Assembly (NCBI GenBank): GCA_963665095.1
Contig: OY762069.1
Coordinates: 6,752,001 to 6,816,000 of the forward strand
DNA: 64,000 nt
Reading direction: 5' to 3'
From: an uncultured Desulfobacter sp.
GTDB taxonomy: Bacteria > Desulfobacterota > Desulfobacteria > Desulfobacterales > Desulfobacteraceae
Shown: piece after piece, positions 10,228-20,780 of the stretch
Layout of the letters: the number at the start of each line of letters is the position of its first letter
Position numbering within the stretch: position 1 is the first letter of the stretch
Notes under the pieces: model-generated
What the model was told of the DNA's origin: nothing
The model's input: only the letters and a program-made list of their open reading frames with translations
Databases searched by the model: none
Position numbers and translations under genes: made by a program

Positions 10228-11478
10228 TCAGGCGTTATATGCGATTTTTCCGCCAATCACAACCTTGTTCACGGGGGTGATGCCCACCTGGTAGCTCAAG
10301 TCTGCCGGGGAAGTGATATCCCAGACGACGAAATCTGCATCCTTTCCCCGTTCCAGACTTCCTTTACGGTGATCCATTCCCAGTGCCTTCGCCCCGTTGA
10401 TGGTGGCTCCGGCAAGGGCCTGTTCACAGGTAAGCCCGAACAGAACGCAGCCCATGTTCATCACGGCAGCCATGTCATGTACCGGACTTGTTCCGGGATT
10501 CAGATCTGTGGCCAGGGCCATGGGCACCCTCAGCTGTTTCAAGGTGTCAACCGGTGGTTTTCTGGTCTCCTGCAGCATATAGAAAGCACCGGGCAGCAGT
10601 ACTGCCGTCACCCCGGCATGGGCCATGGCTATAGCCCCGTCTTCAGAGAGACATTCCAGGTGGTCGCAGGAAAGGGCCTTGAACCGGGCGGCAAGCGCGG
10701 CTCCGCCGGAATCAGACAACTGTTCGGCATGCAGCTTTACCGGCAGCCCCAGATCTGCTGCGGCCTGGAACAGTTTTTCCGTCTGTGTTGTGGAGAAGGC
10801 TATGGTTTCGCAGAAGACGTCCACGGCCCGGGCGATATCCTGGTCCTTAACCGCCGGCAGCATGGTGTTGATGACAAGATCCACATAATCGTCAGCCCGG
10901 CCCCTGAACTCCCTTGGCAGGGCATGGGCGCCAAGAAAGGTGGCTTCCACGTGCAAAGGAAAGGCCTGGTCAAGGCGCCGGGCCACGGCCAGCATTTTCA
11001 GCTCGTTTTCAAGGTCCAGCCCGTATCCGGATTTGATCTCCACACAGGTGGTGCCCCTGCTGATAAAGTGTCGAATGCGCCGGGCTGCAATGTCAAACAG
11101 TTTATCTTCTGAAGCCTTGCGTACCGCCTCAACCGTGGCGGTTATGCCGCCGCCCTGTTCTGCAATTTGTTCATAGGAGGCGCCGGACAGCCGCATTTCA
11201 AATTCATTGGCCCTTGAACCGGCCCAGATCAGATGGGTGTGACAATCCACAAAGCCTGGCAGGATCCAGCGGCCCGTGCAGTCAATAACATTTTGCGCAA
11301 GACTTTCCAGTGACCTGTCAAGGCTATCTGCCGGTCCGATCCACTGGATTTTGCCATGGCTTACCCCGATGGCGCCGTTTTTAATGATGCTGTAACAGCC
11401 CTTTGCCATGGTGGCAATATCCGCATGAATGAACAGCGATTGAAATTCTTTTCGGGGGGGGGTTTTTGTATGGGGCAT
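10228..11478 (-). CDS. hutI: Imidazolonepropionase
   Basis: PGFVDCHTHL, EIKSGYGL, KLHAEQL, ATDLNPGTSP. Confidence 0.96.
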   Translation of the reverse strand: MPHTKTPPRKEFQSLFIHADIATMAKGCYSIIKNGAIGVSHGKIQWIGPADSLDRSLESLAQNVIDCTGRWILPGFVDCHTHLIWAGSRANEFEMRLSGASYEQIAEQGGGITATVEAVRKASEDKLFDIAARRIRHFISRGTTCVEIKSGYGLDLENELKMLAVARRLDQAFPLHVEATFLGAHALPREFRGRADDYVDLVINTMLPAVKDQDIARAVDVFCETIAFSTTQTEKLFQAAADLGLPVKLHAEQLSDSGGAALAARFKALSCDHLECLSEDGAIAMAHAGVTAVLLPGAFYMLQETRKPPVDTLKQLRVPMALATDLNPGTSPVHDMAAVMNMGCVLFGLTCEQALAGATINGAKALGMDHRKGSLERGKDADFVVWDITSPADLSYQVGITPVNKVVIGGKIAYNA

Positions 11479-11525
11479 GGGTGTGTCTCTTTTGTTGATA
11501 TTGACATTTGATATTCAATTCTATA

Positions 11526-11541
11526 ACTTGTCTATACAAGT
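11526..11541. promoter_or_regulatory. HutC operator
   Basis: Near-perfect palindrome ACTTGTCTATACAAGT between divergent hutI and hutC; matches the known TGTA-N2-TACA type HutC box with one mismatch. Confidence 0.85.
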
Positions 11542-11579
11542 ATATTCATGGCGTCAAGCAAAACTTAGGATAACAGTGA

Positions 11580-12299
11580 ATGGATAAAACAGATCAGCCC
11601 TTTGCCCTGTATCAGCAGATTAAACAGCACATTGTTCAGGATATTGATTGCGGACGGCTAAAGCCCGACGACCGGGTGCCATCGGAGACCCAGCTTGCAA
11701 AGACGTTCAATGCCTCCAGAATGACGGCCAACAGGGCATTAAAGGAGTTGTCGGAAGAAAACCGGATCATCAGGGTCCAGGGAGTTGGCACCTTTGTGGC
11801 CCGGCCCAGGCCTGAAGCGGCTTTGCTGGAAATTAAATCAATCTCTCAGGAGATTGAGGCGTGGGGCGGGATCCACAGTGCAGACGTGCTGTTACTTGAG
11901 CAGGGGGTGCCGCCGGCGGATATTGGTATGCGGTTGGAGATCGGATCGTCGGAAATTGCATTTCATGTGGTGGTGCTGCACAAAGATAACGGTATTCCTG
12001 TGCAGTATTCGGAGCGCTGGGTCAATCCGGCAGTGGCCCCGCTGTTTCTGGAACAGGATTTTACCCGGATCACCCCCAGTGACTATCTTCTTGAGGTTGC
12101 CCCGGTTCAGGAGGCAGAGCATGTAATTGAGGCGGTGGTGCCTGACCAGAGCATCCGGTACTTGCTCGCTGTTCCCGAGCACACGCCCTGTTTAAGCCTT
12201 TCCCGCCGCACCTGGGCACTGGATCTGGTCGCAACCTGTTCAACCCTGATATCTCCGGGTAACAGGTATCGCCTTAAAGGGCGGTTTAAACGGCAATAA
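11580..12299 (+). CDS. hutC: Histidine utilization repressor (GntR/UTRA)
   Basis: LYQQIK, PSETQL, SRMTANRAL, QGVGTFV; adjacent to hutH/hutI. Confidence 0.95.
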   Translation: MDKTDQPFALYQQIKQHIVQDIDCGRLKPDDRVPSETQLAKTFNASRMTANRALKELSEENRIIRVQGVGTFVARPRPEAALLEIKSISQEIEAWGGIHSADVLLLEQGVPPADIGMRLEIGSSEIAFHVVVLHKDNGIPVQYSERWVNPAVAPLFLEQDFTRITPSDYLLEVAPVQEAEHVIEAVVPDQSIRYLLAVPEHTPCLSLSRRTWALDLVATCSTLISPGNRYRLKGRFKRQ

Positions 12300-12391
12300 T
12301 GAGTGCCTGCATACATTGCAGTAAAACAGATTGTTTTTATCATGGTTGAAAATTGATGGAAACATAGGTGAATTATTAAAAAGGAAAGATC

Positions 12392-13924
12392 ATGAATGAT
12401 CCTGTTCTATTGAATGGAGAGAACCTCAGGCTTGGGCAGCTGGTTGATATTGCCCGGAAAGGTCGCAAAACGGGCATTTCAAACAGTTCTGAAGCAAGGA
12501 TTAAAAAGGCCCGTGCTCTGGTGGAAGGCTGGGTAGAACAAGGGACCCGCATCTATGGCGTCACAACGGGTTTTGGCGCGCTTTCCGATGTTACCATCTC
12601 ATTTGAAGATACCAGGAAGCTCCAGCGCAATATCCTGTTATCCCATGCCGCAGGGGTGGGCAGGCACATGGCAGATGACGTGGTTCGGGCCATGATGGCT
12701 TTGCGCATCAATGATTTCTGCCGGGGCAATTCAGGCCTTTGTCTTGAAACCATCCAGACGCTTGCCGATGTGCTCAACGCAGGCATCATTCCCGTGGTAC
12801 CGGAAAAAGGATCAGTGGGAGCCAGCGGGGATCTGGTTCCCATGGCGCATCTTGCCCTGGTGCTGATCGGTGAAGGGGAAGCGTTTGTGGACGGGGTACG
12901 CATGCCAGGAGCACAGGCACTGGCAGCAAAAAATTTAGCCCCCGTGGAGTTAGGCGCCGGTGAAGGGCTGGCGTTAATTAACGGAACCCAGTTCATGATT
13001 GCCTTGGGATGTCTGGCGCTGTATGATGCGTTAAATTTGTGCAAGCATGCCGATATCGCCGCTTCCATGAGCCTTGAAACTCTGATGGGTACCCGCTCCG
13101 CCTTTGATCCAAGGATTCATCTGGCCCGTCCTCATACCGGACAGATGAAGGCGGCGGACAACATGATGAAAATCACCCAGGATTCGGAAATTATTTCCTC
13201 CCACAAGGACTGTTCAAGGGTACAGGATGCGTATACCCTGCGCTGCTCTCCCCAGGTGCATGGCGCTTCCTGGGATGCGTTTGGCTATGTGGACCGGGTA
13301 ATCCGTGTCGAGATGAATTCATCTACGGAGAACCCCTTGATTTTCCCGGAGTCAGGAGAGTTTTTATCCGGCGGTAATTTTCACGGCCAGCCGCTTGCGC
13401 TGGCCTGCGATTTTTTAGGCATTGCCATTGCCGAACTTGCCAATATTTCGGAGCGCCGCATTGAGCGTCTTGTCAATCCACAGCTGTCAGGGTTACCTGC
13501 ATTCCTGGTCAAAGACGGCGGACTGAATTCAGGGTTCATGATTGCCCAGTATGTCGCTGCCTCTCTTGTCTCTGAAAACAAGGTGATTGCCCATCCGGCA
13601 TCTGTGGACTCCATACCTACATCCGCCAACAAGGAGGACCATGTCTCCATGGGCGCCACAGCTGCACGGAAATGCAGGGATATTGTGGAAAATGTTGAAC
13701 AGGTGATTGCTATTGAATTACTGTGCGGGGCTCAGGCCATTGATCTGTTTACCAACCTGAAGGCTGGTAAAGGCACCATGGCAGCCTATGAGACCATCCG
13801 CACAAAGGTGGACTGCATGACAGCGGACCGGCTGCTGGCCACGGATATCGCTGCTGTCAGGTCACTTCTGCAAAGCGGACAGATTGTGCGTGCCGTGGAA
13901 GAGGCTGTGGGTAAATTGTACTGA
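12392..13924 (+). CDS. hutH: Histidine ammonia-lyase
   Basis: YGVTTGFG, GSVGASGDL (MIO), QDAYTLRC, GGNFHG, EDHVSMG. Confidence 0.97.
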   Translation: MNDPVLLNGENLRLGQLVDIARKGRKTGISNSSEARIKKARALVEGWVEQGTRIYGVTTGFGALSDVTISFEDTRKLQRNILLSHAAGVGRHMADDVVRAMMALRINDFCRGNSGLCLETIQTLADVLNAGIIPVVPEKGSVGASGDLVPMAHLALVLIGEGEAFVDGVRMPGAQALAAKNLAPVELGAGEGLALINGTQFMIALGCLALYDALNLCKHADIAASMSLETLMGTRSAFDPRIHLARPHTGQMKAADNMMKITQDSEIISSHKDCSRVQDAYTLRCSPQVHGASWDAFGYVDRVIRVEMNSSTENPLIFPESGEFLSGGNFHGQPLALACDFLGIAIAELANISERRIERLVNPQLSGLPAFLVKDGGLNSGFMIAQYVAASLVSENKVIAHPASVDSIPTSANKEDHVSMGATAARKCRDIVENVEQVIAIELLCGAQAIDLFTNLKAGKGTMAAYETIRTKVDCMTADRLLATDIAAVRSLLQSGQIVRAVEEAVGKLY

Positions 13925-13931
13925 TGTCAGT

Positions 13932-14213
13932 TTACTTAAGGCATGGCCCCGACGTGTAGCTTACAACTTCTTTATGGCTGCAGGCCGTGCACGCATTGCT
14001 GAATGTTTTACAGGTGCCGTCGGCAAAATAGCCGCATACCGGCCGGTATTCCTTGGTACACATGGTACGCCTGGGTTCCTTGCATACCATTTCTCTGGGA
14101 GCCGGGGAGACGTTTTTTTCCGGGGATGCGTTCACGCAGCCGGAAATAACGATTAAAAGTACAAAAATTCCCAGGCCCTGGATCGGCAGCCTCTTTTTAA
14201 TCCTTTTTATCAT
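13932..14213 (-). CDS. Small lipoprotein with Kazal-like cysteine motif
   Basis: Lipobox ISGC; CTKEYRPVCG...TFSNAC...GPC. Confidence 0.7.
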   Translation of the reverse strand: MIKRIKKRLPIQGLGIFVLLIVISGCVNASPEKNVSPAPREMVCKEPRRTMCTKEYRPVCGYFADGTCKTFSNACTACSHKEVVSYTSGPCLK

Positions 14214-14224
14214 ACCTGTGCTCC

Positions 14225-14956
14225 TTACTGCTGCAGACGCACCAGTTCAAGTGCGCCCCACAAACCAATCTGTTTACCTGCGATGATCACTACTCCCTGT
14301 ATACCAGTCATATCCTGTCCGGCAGCCATGGCTTTTTTAATGTCTCTGGGCGACTGAATCATATTGCACAGGGCTGTCGCTGCCGCATCAGCCAGGGCGC
14401 AATCCTCCGCAAGCACAGATACGGCATCGGCCCTGCCAAAACTTTTAGAGTGGCCAATGGTGCCTGAAGATGTGCACATGGCAAATGGGGTGTTTCGCTT
14501 TGCTACCTTGATCCCGGTTTTCATGCTGAATGGTGATGAACCGGCAAAGATGGTAAATATGGTTTCGGTATCCGACCTGATAAATACATCACCGCCGTTT
14601 TCCACCAGTACATTGGGGCTTGATTTTAAAAGATCAGTTCCTACATGCCGGGCTATGGCACCGGCCACAGCCGCCATGGGACCCACTCCGGCGATGCGGG
14701 CAGCCGTTGTCATATTCCGGATGATTTCCGGGGCAATATCCGGATCCGGGAGCGGGGAAAGACTTTGGGCAAAACGGGGATGGGCGGTAATATGGTTTTC
14801 AAGATACTGTCGGTGTATCAGAATTGACCGGACAGCCTGATCCTTAAGGTTTGATTCTGCCTGGATGTTCAGATTGGTCTCCTTGACGGTGACATTAAAG
14901 CCGACCAGGCCTTTTTTGTGATGGCAGGCGCGGTAAATTTGTCTGTTGTCAAACAT
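14225..14956 (-). CDS. UPF0280 / ApbE-like protein
   Basis: VGPMAAVAGAIA, VENGGD, CTSSGTIGHSKSFGRADAV, ADAAATA. Confidence 0.88.
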   Translation of the reverse strand: MFDNRQIYRACHHKKGLVGFNVTVKETNLNIQAESNLKDQAVRSILIHRQYLENHITAHPRFAQSLSPLPDPDIAPEIIRNMTTAARIAGVGPMAAVAGAIARHVGTDLLKSSPNVLVENGGDVFIRSDTETIFTIFAGSSPFSMKTGIKVAKRNTPFAMCTSSGTIGHSKSFGRADAVSVLAEDCALADAAATALCNMIQSPRDIKKAMAAGQDMTGIQGVVIIAGKQIGLWGALELVRLQQ

Positions 14957-14986
14957 AGGGTGACCTTATCTTCTACATCAGACCTG

Positions 14987-16153
14987 CTACTCCCAGTCTA
15001 CAGCACTGGGTCTGAGGTGTTCCGGGGCCTGGCGGATAAAATAGGAATCAGTCATGCCGGCAATGAAATCCCTGGTGATCTGGGCAGGTGTGTGGGTGTT
15101 TTTATAGGCGGCATCCATGCCATTGAGAAACTGAGTAAAAATAACTGACGCCCCGTCCTCTTTTTCCTGATCCGTCATGTATTGCTCAAACAGGCATTTA
15201 AAAATATCCTCAATGGTTGTCAGATGCTTTTTGATGACGGGATTTTTGTAGATGTATCGATAATTGAACTGCTTAAGGGTCTTCAGGGCGTTGGCCATTT
15301 CAGGGGAAAAACCAATGAACGCGTTATCTATACTGTTTTTTATCAGGTCTGTGACCAAATTGAACACAATAGTACCCTGGGTAGATCCTAAAAGGGTACG
15401 GCAGGATTGGGGGATCTGATCTCTTTGCACCAGTTTTAAACGGACCGCATCTTCAAGATCCCGGCCAATGTAGGATACGGTATCGGCAATGCGCACCACA
15501 CATCCCTCCATGGTCATGGGATGGACATCTGTCTGTTTCCCCTGCTGGATTTGCCGGATCATGTTATCCAGATGTTGGAATCCCTTCAAAGGTCCAGGAG
15601 CCAGGGACTGTTCATGGGCCTCCCCGTTATGGCACACAATAGCATCCAGTGTCTGAAGCGTCAGGTTCCAGCCCTTGCCGTGTCGTTCAACTAAATCCAG
15701 AAATTGTACACTTTGCAGGTTGTGATGAAACTGGCCTGCACCTGCCGCCTGGGTCAGTCGGGATAAAAAGGTCTCGCCATCGTGCCCGAATGGGGGGTGG
15801 CCAATGTCATGTCCCATGGCAGCCGCTTCAATGAGGTCGGTATTCAGGTCGAGGTAACGCCCGATGGTCCGGGCTACCCGGGAGACCATCTGGACATGAA
15901 GCACACGGTGGGTCAGGTGGTCATTGTTAATCAGGGAAAAAACTTGGGTTTTGTCACTGTAGCGGGTGTACGCCATGGAGTTGAGAATGCGGTCCGCATC
16001 CATGGAAAACGGCATGCGATATTCAGTGTCGGACTTTTTTTCCGGCAACCGCCTGACCGCATCTTTGGAAAAACAGGCCCGGGCGCCAAAGGTTTGCGTC
16101 TCCCTTTGTTCGAGTCGGGCTTTCAGCGCCCCGGCTGTTAATTCCTGAACCAA
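14987..16153 (-). CDS. dGTP triphosphohydrolase-like HD protein
   Basis: DKTQVF, HRVLH, GHDIGHPPFGHDGE, ADTVSY, DFIAGMTD. Confidence 0.9.
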   Translation of the reverse strand: MVQELTAGALKARLEQRETQTFGARACFSKDAVRRLPEKKSDTEYRMPFSMDADRILNSMAYTRYSDKTQVFSLINNDHLTHRVLHVQMVSRVARTIGRYLDLNTDLIEAAAMGHDIGHPPFGHDGETFLSRLTQAAGAGQFHHNLQSVQFLDLVERHGKGWNLTLQTLDAIVCHNGEAHEQSLAPGPLKGFQHLDNMIRQIQQGKQTDVHPMTMEGCVVRIADTVSYIGRDLEDAVRLKLVQRDQIPQSCRTLLGSTQGTIVFNLVTDLIKNSIDNAFIGFSPEMANALKTLKQFNYRYIYKNPVIKKHLTTIEDIFKCLFEQYMTDQEKEDGASVIFTQFLNGMDAAYKNTHTPAQITRDFIAGMTDSYFIRQAPEHLRPSAVDWE

Positions 16154-16157
16154 TCAC

Positions 16158-17057
16158 TTATCCATTAATGTGTTTGAGGATGTTATCCACCACCTGCGAA
16201 AAAGCGTGATTAAAAGGACCATCAGCCTCTTCCATCATCAGTGGCACACCGTCATCACCAGATGCCACCACCCGGGTATCAAAGGGGATGGAACCAAGGA
16301 AATTCAACCCCTGGGCTTTGGCTGTCTTTTCGCCGCCCCCGCTTTTGAAAAGATCAATGTGCTGATTGCAGTGGGGACAGGTAAACCCGGCCATATTTTC
16401 CACCACACCCAGGGTTTTCATTTTAACCGTCTTGCAAAAAGAGATGGATTTACGGATGTCTGCCAGGGCCACTTCCTGGGGGGTTGTCACGATGACTCCC
16501 TGGGCTTCGGGAATGGTCTGTACGACAGTGAGGGGTTCGTCCCCTGTGCCCGGAGGTGCGTCAATGACCAGAAAGTCTAAGTCACCCCACTCCACAGAGC
16601 CCACAAACTGTTTGATCATACCTGTTTTGGCAGGTCCCCGCCAGATAATTGCCTGGTCTTTGTCCTGCATCAGGGCCTGCACAGTAACCACTTTAAGGTT
16701 TTCATTGATCTGTTTGGGCAGGAGCAGCTGGTTGACAGGAGAAATATCCAGAAGATCCTTCATGCCGAACATCTGGGCAATGGAGGGCCCGTGGACATCC
16801 ACATCCATCAGTCCTGTTCTATATCCTTTTTTTGCCAGGCTTGCGGCAAGATTGGCTGATACGGAGCTTTTACCCACGCCGCCTTTGCCGGACAGAACAA
16901 ATATTTTATTTTTGATTTTAGCCAGGTTGGCTTTTATCATTGCTTCCATTTCCTGCTGCTGTCTTGCCGCATTATTCTGAGTCTGCTGTGACGGACAGCT
17001 TTGCTGGGAAGAACAGGATGCTGCTTTTTTTGCCTGGTCAACGCTTTTGTGAATCAT
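16158..17057 (-). CDS. Mrp/NBP35 (ApbC) Fe-S carrier ATPase
   Basis: SGKGGVGKS, DVDVHGPS, IWRGP, DAPPGTGDE, ENM..CPHC. Confidence 0.93.
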   Translation of the reverse strand: MIHKSVDQAKKAASCSSQQSCPSQQTQNNAARQQQEMEAMIKANLAKIKNKIFVLSGKGGVGKSSVSANLAASLAKKGYRTGLMDVDVHGPSIAQMFGMKDLLDISPVNQLLLPKQINENLKVVTVQALMQDKDQAIIWRGPAKTGMIKQFVGSVEWGDLDFLVIDAPPGTGDEPLTVVQTIPEAQGVIVTTPQEVALADIRKSISFCKTVKMKTLGVVENMAGFTCPHCNQHIDLFKSGGGEKTAKAQGLNFLGSIPFDTRVVASGDDGVPLMMEEADGPFNHAFSQVVDNILKHING

Positions 17058-17125
17058 GACTTATATTTATCTCCTTATATTGTGAGGTGCGGTATTAATA
17101 AAAACCACCTAAATTATGGTCATAA

Positions 17126-17944
17126 TCATGATCCTGTCAACCTGAATACTGATTCTTTTACAGGAATATTGGGCAAAAGATTTTTTAGACAGATTTCTAT
17201 GGTCCTGCCAGCCCTGTCCTTTATGGCTATGAGTCCGGGCAGGGTAAAACCGCTGCATTCAAAAAATTGGGAATACCATATGCCGAAAATCATATCCCGG
17301 TTTTTATCCAGCAGCCGGTAACAGATAATCCTGCCGTTACTGTCTGAGGAGACTTCCTGGATTTTTGAAGAGAACCGTTGTGATGCAAAATAGGTGTTGG
17401 GCTGATTCCCTTCTGTCTGGTCCTGTTCTGACCAGGCCCGGCTGAAAGGTCTGACAGGAACCCGACCAAGAAAAAGGCTGACCATGTCAGATAAGTGTAC
17501 CGGAATATCAATGTATGAATTCAGGTCAGGGTCGGCAGATACGGTGGAATGGGGTTTATGGCGGCCTGTGTGGGAAATGAATGTCACTTCCTGGCCGGTG
17601 GCTGCAACGGTTTCAACAGGATGACCCGACATAAGAAGTGTCATGCGCAGCTGGTTCGGTGCTTTGGCCGCCCAGGCTATTTTATAGTGCTCTGTTTTAT
17701 ATCCTCGGGTCAGGACCAGACGGCCACTTCCTTTGGATGAGAATATATCTGAATTGAAGGCTTTTGCCCGGGCCATGATGACGTCGGCAGGACTCTGTGA
17801 TTTTTGGGCTGACTCTGGGAAAATCCCGATGCAACCAGATGTGCAGATCAGGGGTAAAAGCAGGAGCGTGACGGTGAAGAAAGAATAAGTCCTTGCGAAA
17901 TCCTGGCGGTTTAAATACCGGAAATTCGGGATGGCGGGCGTCAT
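17126..17944 (-). CDS. Lipoprotein, possibly LolB-like/DUF4292
   Basis: Lipobox TSGC; beta-rich body; translationally coupled to TPR gene. Confidence 0.55.
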   Translation of the reverse strand: MTPAIPNFRYLNRQDFARTYSFFTVTLLLLPLICTSGCIGIFPESAQKSQSPADVIMARAKAFNSDIFSSKGSGRLVLTRGYKTEHYKIAWAAKAPNQLRMTLLMSGHPVETVAATGQEVTFISHTGRHKPHSTVSADPDLNSYIDIPVHLSDMVSLFLGRVPVRPFSRAWSEQDQTEGNQPNTYFASQRFSSKIQEVSSDSNGRIICYRLLDKNRDMIFGIWYSQFFECSGFTLPGLIAIKDRAGRTIEICLKNLLPNIPVKESVFRLTGS

Positions 17945-19698
17945 TATTCCTGCGTTTCCAGGTGTTTAAGTTTTTCCTTGATTTCTCGGATCTCTTTTTC
18001 CTGATCTTCCCTGGCATTGTCCAGTGCTTTTTTATACAGGCTCACGGCCTTTTCCCTGTCTCCGGTCTTAACGTAGACATCTGCCAGATGGGCGGCAATT
18101 ACCGTTTCATACTCTGACAATGCAACTGCTTGTTCAAGGTAATAAACAGCCTTGTCATACTCTTGTTTTTTAAAGTAAATCCACCCAAGGCTGTCGGTGA
18201 TGTAGCCGTCCCCGGGGCGGATTTCCAGAGCCCGCTGAATAAATTTAAGTGCCTGGTCCAGGTGAATGCCCATTTCAGCGTAGGTATATCCCAGGTAATT
18301 GAGGGCCGATGCATGCTCCGGATCTATCAGAATCAGGGCTTTCATGGTGTCAATACAAGCCTGTCGCTGACCGGCCTCATCCTGAACAGCGCCAAGTTTG
18401 AACATAAGTGCAGTGTTCTCCGGGTTTTCCTTTAACGCGGTCTGAAGCAGGGCGATGGCTGTATCATGCTGATTGTCCTCCTGGTAGAAAGAGGCCAGGT
18501 AGGTGGTGATGTCAATGTCAGTCGGGCTTTGTCTGTGGTGCTGTTCAAGAAAGCGCACGGCCTCATCTATACGGTCCATATCCCTGTAAAGGAATGCAAT
18601 GCTTAAAATAGTTTTTTTATACTCGGGGTGGTCCGGAGTAACCTTGAGGTAATATTCTATGGCCTTTTCCTGATTGCTCAATCCCTCATATGCCATGCCA
18701 AGGAAAAAATTTAAATTTGAATTGGCAGGGGCGACCTTACGGAATTGTGACATGACCGTGACAGCGTCTTCATATCTTTTTTCCGGAATCAAAATCTGGG
18801 CAGTCGTCACCACAAGACTTGGATTCTCCTTGGTTTTCTGACCAAGCAAGGCAAATATCTCATCTGCTTTCTGAAAATTTTGGGATGCATAGTAGAACAG
18901 GGCAAGCTCTATCATGGCCCTGTCATTATCCGGATCCATCTCCAGAATATCATGGAAAACATCCAGGATTTTTGATTGGTTTTTCTGCAGGCCCAGGTCT
19001 GTGTATGTTTCAATCAGACGGAATCGGGGCTCAAGCAGGTCTGGTTCAAGTTGAATCGTCTTATGAAAAGATGCCAGGGCTGCCTCCGGTTGTCCCGAGG
19101 TTAACTGAACCTCTCCTAAATAAAAATGAGCAACATAATAATCGGGGAACGCTTTTACCATCCGGGAAAAAAGACTTAATGCCTGGGGGGTCTTCTCTTC
19201 ATCCATATACACTTTTCCCAGGCGCAGAAATGTTTCCTTATCTGTGGGAGAAAGTCTCAGAATGTGCTCAAGCAGCTCCGGGAGGTCCTTTTCATCCCCT
19301 TTTTTCAGACGGGCTAGGAGCAGGAGGTTTTCCACATTATCCGGATCCTTTTCTGCCAGTTGCTGGGCAAGTTCCAGGGCTTTTTCGGATTCTTTCCTGT
19401 TTTGAAGGTCAATAATAAATTCGCGCTTCAGGAAAGAGGAGTCAGGATCTTTGGCCATGGCCTTTTTCAATGCGTCCAGGGCCTGGTCAGGCTTATTTTT
19501 GTTTTCGTACCGTCTTGCCAGAAGGTAAAAGTAGGCTGCCTGCTGATCAGTGCCGGGGCGTATGGCCGAATCCTGACTGTCAGCTGCCGGGCCACCGGGT
19601 TGCTCTGACAATGGCTGACCGGCAGGTTCCCTGACACAGCCTGTTACAAAAATAATGCTGAGTACAAAGGCCAGGGTACACAGGATGGACTGTTTCAT
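17944..19698 (-). CDS. Tetratricopeptide-repeat lipoprotein
   Basis: Lipobox VTGC; many TPRs; ALNYLGY, ITDSLGW. Confidence 0.9.
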   Translation of the reverse strand: MKQSILCTLAFVLSIIFVTGCVREPAGQPLSEQPGGPAADSQDSAIRPGTDQQAAYFYLLARRYENKNKPDQALDALKKAMAKDPDSSFLKREFIIDLQNRKESEKALELAQQLAEKDPDNVENLLLLARLKKGDEKDLPELLEHILRLSPTDKETFLRLGKVYMDEEKTPQALSLFSRMVKAFPDYYVAHFYLGEVQLTSGQPEAALASFHKTIQLEPDLLEPRFRLIETYTDLGLQKNQSKILDVFHDILEMDPDNDRAMIELALFYYASQNFQKADEIFALLGQKTKENPSLVVTTAQILIPEKRYEDAVTVMSQFRKVAPANSNLNFFLGMAYEGLSNQEKAIEYYLKVTPDHPEYKKTILSIAFLYRDMDRIDEAVRFLEQHHRQSPTDIDITTYLASFYQEDNQHDTAIALLQTALKENPENTALMFKLGAVQDEAGQRQACIDTMKALILIDPEHASALNYLGYTYAEMGIHLDQALKFIQRALEIRPGDGYITDSLGWIYFKKQEYDKAVYYLEQAVALSEYETVIAAHLADVYVKTGDREKAVSLYKKALDNAREDQEKEIREIKEKLKHLETQE

Positions 19699-19739
19699 GA
19701 AGGGTATACCTTTTAAGAATCTATTGTGAAAAATGGCCG

Positions 19740-20702
19740 CTATTGATCATGATCGTACATGTCAAAATCGGGCATATCTTTTTTGAAATATGCTTTCATT
19801 TTTTTGATGATGTTATTCTCAATCTGTCTGACCCGTTCCCGTGAAATATTATAGGCTTCGCCTATTTCCTGAAGGGTTTCAGGAGAATCTGAAAAAATTC
19901 TTCGTTCGAAAATATCAAGTTCACGCTCATTCAGGCTTTTTTTGAATTCATCCACCTTGGTGTAAAGGATATCTTCAATTTCTTTTTTAGCCAGGCGATC
20001 TTCTGATGAATCTGAATCAACATTAATAAATTCAATCCTTTCGGTGTTGGAGTCATCCTTTAACGGCTCGTCCAGGGAAAGATCCCAGTTTGCCAGGCGC
20101 TGATCCATGTCCACCACTTCCTGTTCAGATACCCCCAACCGCTCTGACAAAAGCTTGGGCTTGGGATCGAATCCCTGTTCGATCAGGCGCTGTTTTTCTT
20201 TTTTCAGTCTGAAAAAAAGTTTGCGCTGCCCCTGGGTGGTCCCAATTTTTACCATGCGCCAGTTGTCCATGATGAATTTAAGAATATATGCCTTGATCCA
20301 GAAAGAGGAATAATATGAAAATTTTACATTTTTATACGGATCAAATTTTTTAACAGCCTGGACAAGGCCGATATTTCCCTCCTGAATAAGGTCAAGAAGG
20401 TTCTGCATCCATATTCGCTGAAATTCCAGGGCAATTTTGACCACCAGGCGCAGGTTGGAGGTGGTCATAATATAAGCGGCCTCCTGGTCACCTTCTTCCT
20501 GAATCCGTCTGCCCAGTTCTATTTCCTGATCCCGGGTTAAAAGTTTGTAGCGGTTGATCTCATTGAGATAGCTCTGGATAGGATCTGATTTGACCAGGGC
20601 CTTCGTACTGCTGGTCCCGGTCTTGCCTGCAGGTACCAGAAAGTCTTTTCTGGTCAGTCTTTTGTTATCCGTGGGGCTTTCTTGGCCGGCAATATTTTCC
20701 AT
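19740..20702 (-). CDS. rpoH: RNA polymerase sigma factor, RpoH/sigma-32-like
   Basis: SNLRLVVKIA, DLIQEGNIGL, RpoH box (KIGTTQGQRKLFFRL), ISRERVRQIE. Confidence 0.88.
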   Translation of the reverse strand: MENIAGQESPTDNKRLTRKDFLVPAGKTGTSSTKALVKSDPIQSYLNEINRYKLLTRDQEIELGRRIQEEGDQEAAYIMTTSNLRLVVKIALEFQRIWMQNLLDLIQEGNIGLVQAVKKFDPYKNVKFSYYSSFWIKAYILKFIMDNWRMVKIGTTQGQRKLFFRLKKEKQRLIEQGFDPKPKLLSERLGVSEQEVVDMDQRLANWDLSLDEPLKDDSNTERIEFINVDSDSSEDRLAKKEIEDILYTKVDEFKKSLNERELDIFERRIFSDSPETLQEIGEAYNISRERVRQIENNIIKKMKAYFKKDMPDFDMYDHDQ

Positions 20703-20780
20703 TCAGGAACCTTTTAATTGAATTAAATGAACCCTTATTATTATCATACTTCGGATAAAAACGATATAGCTGCATAATTA

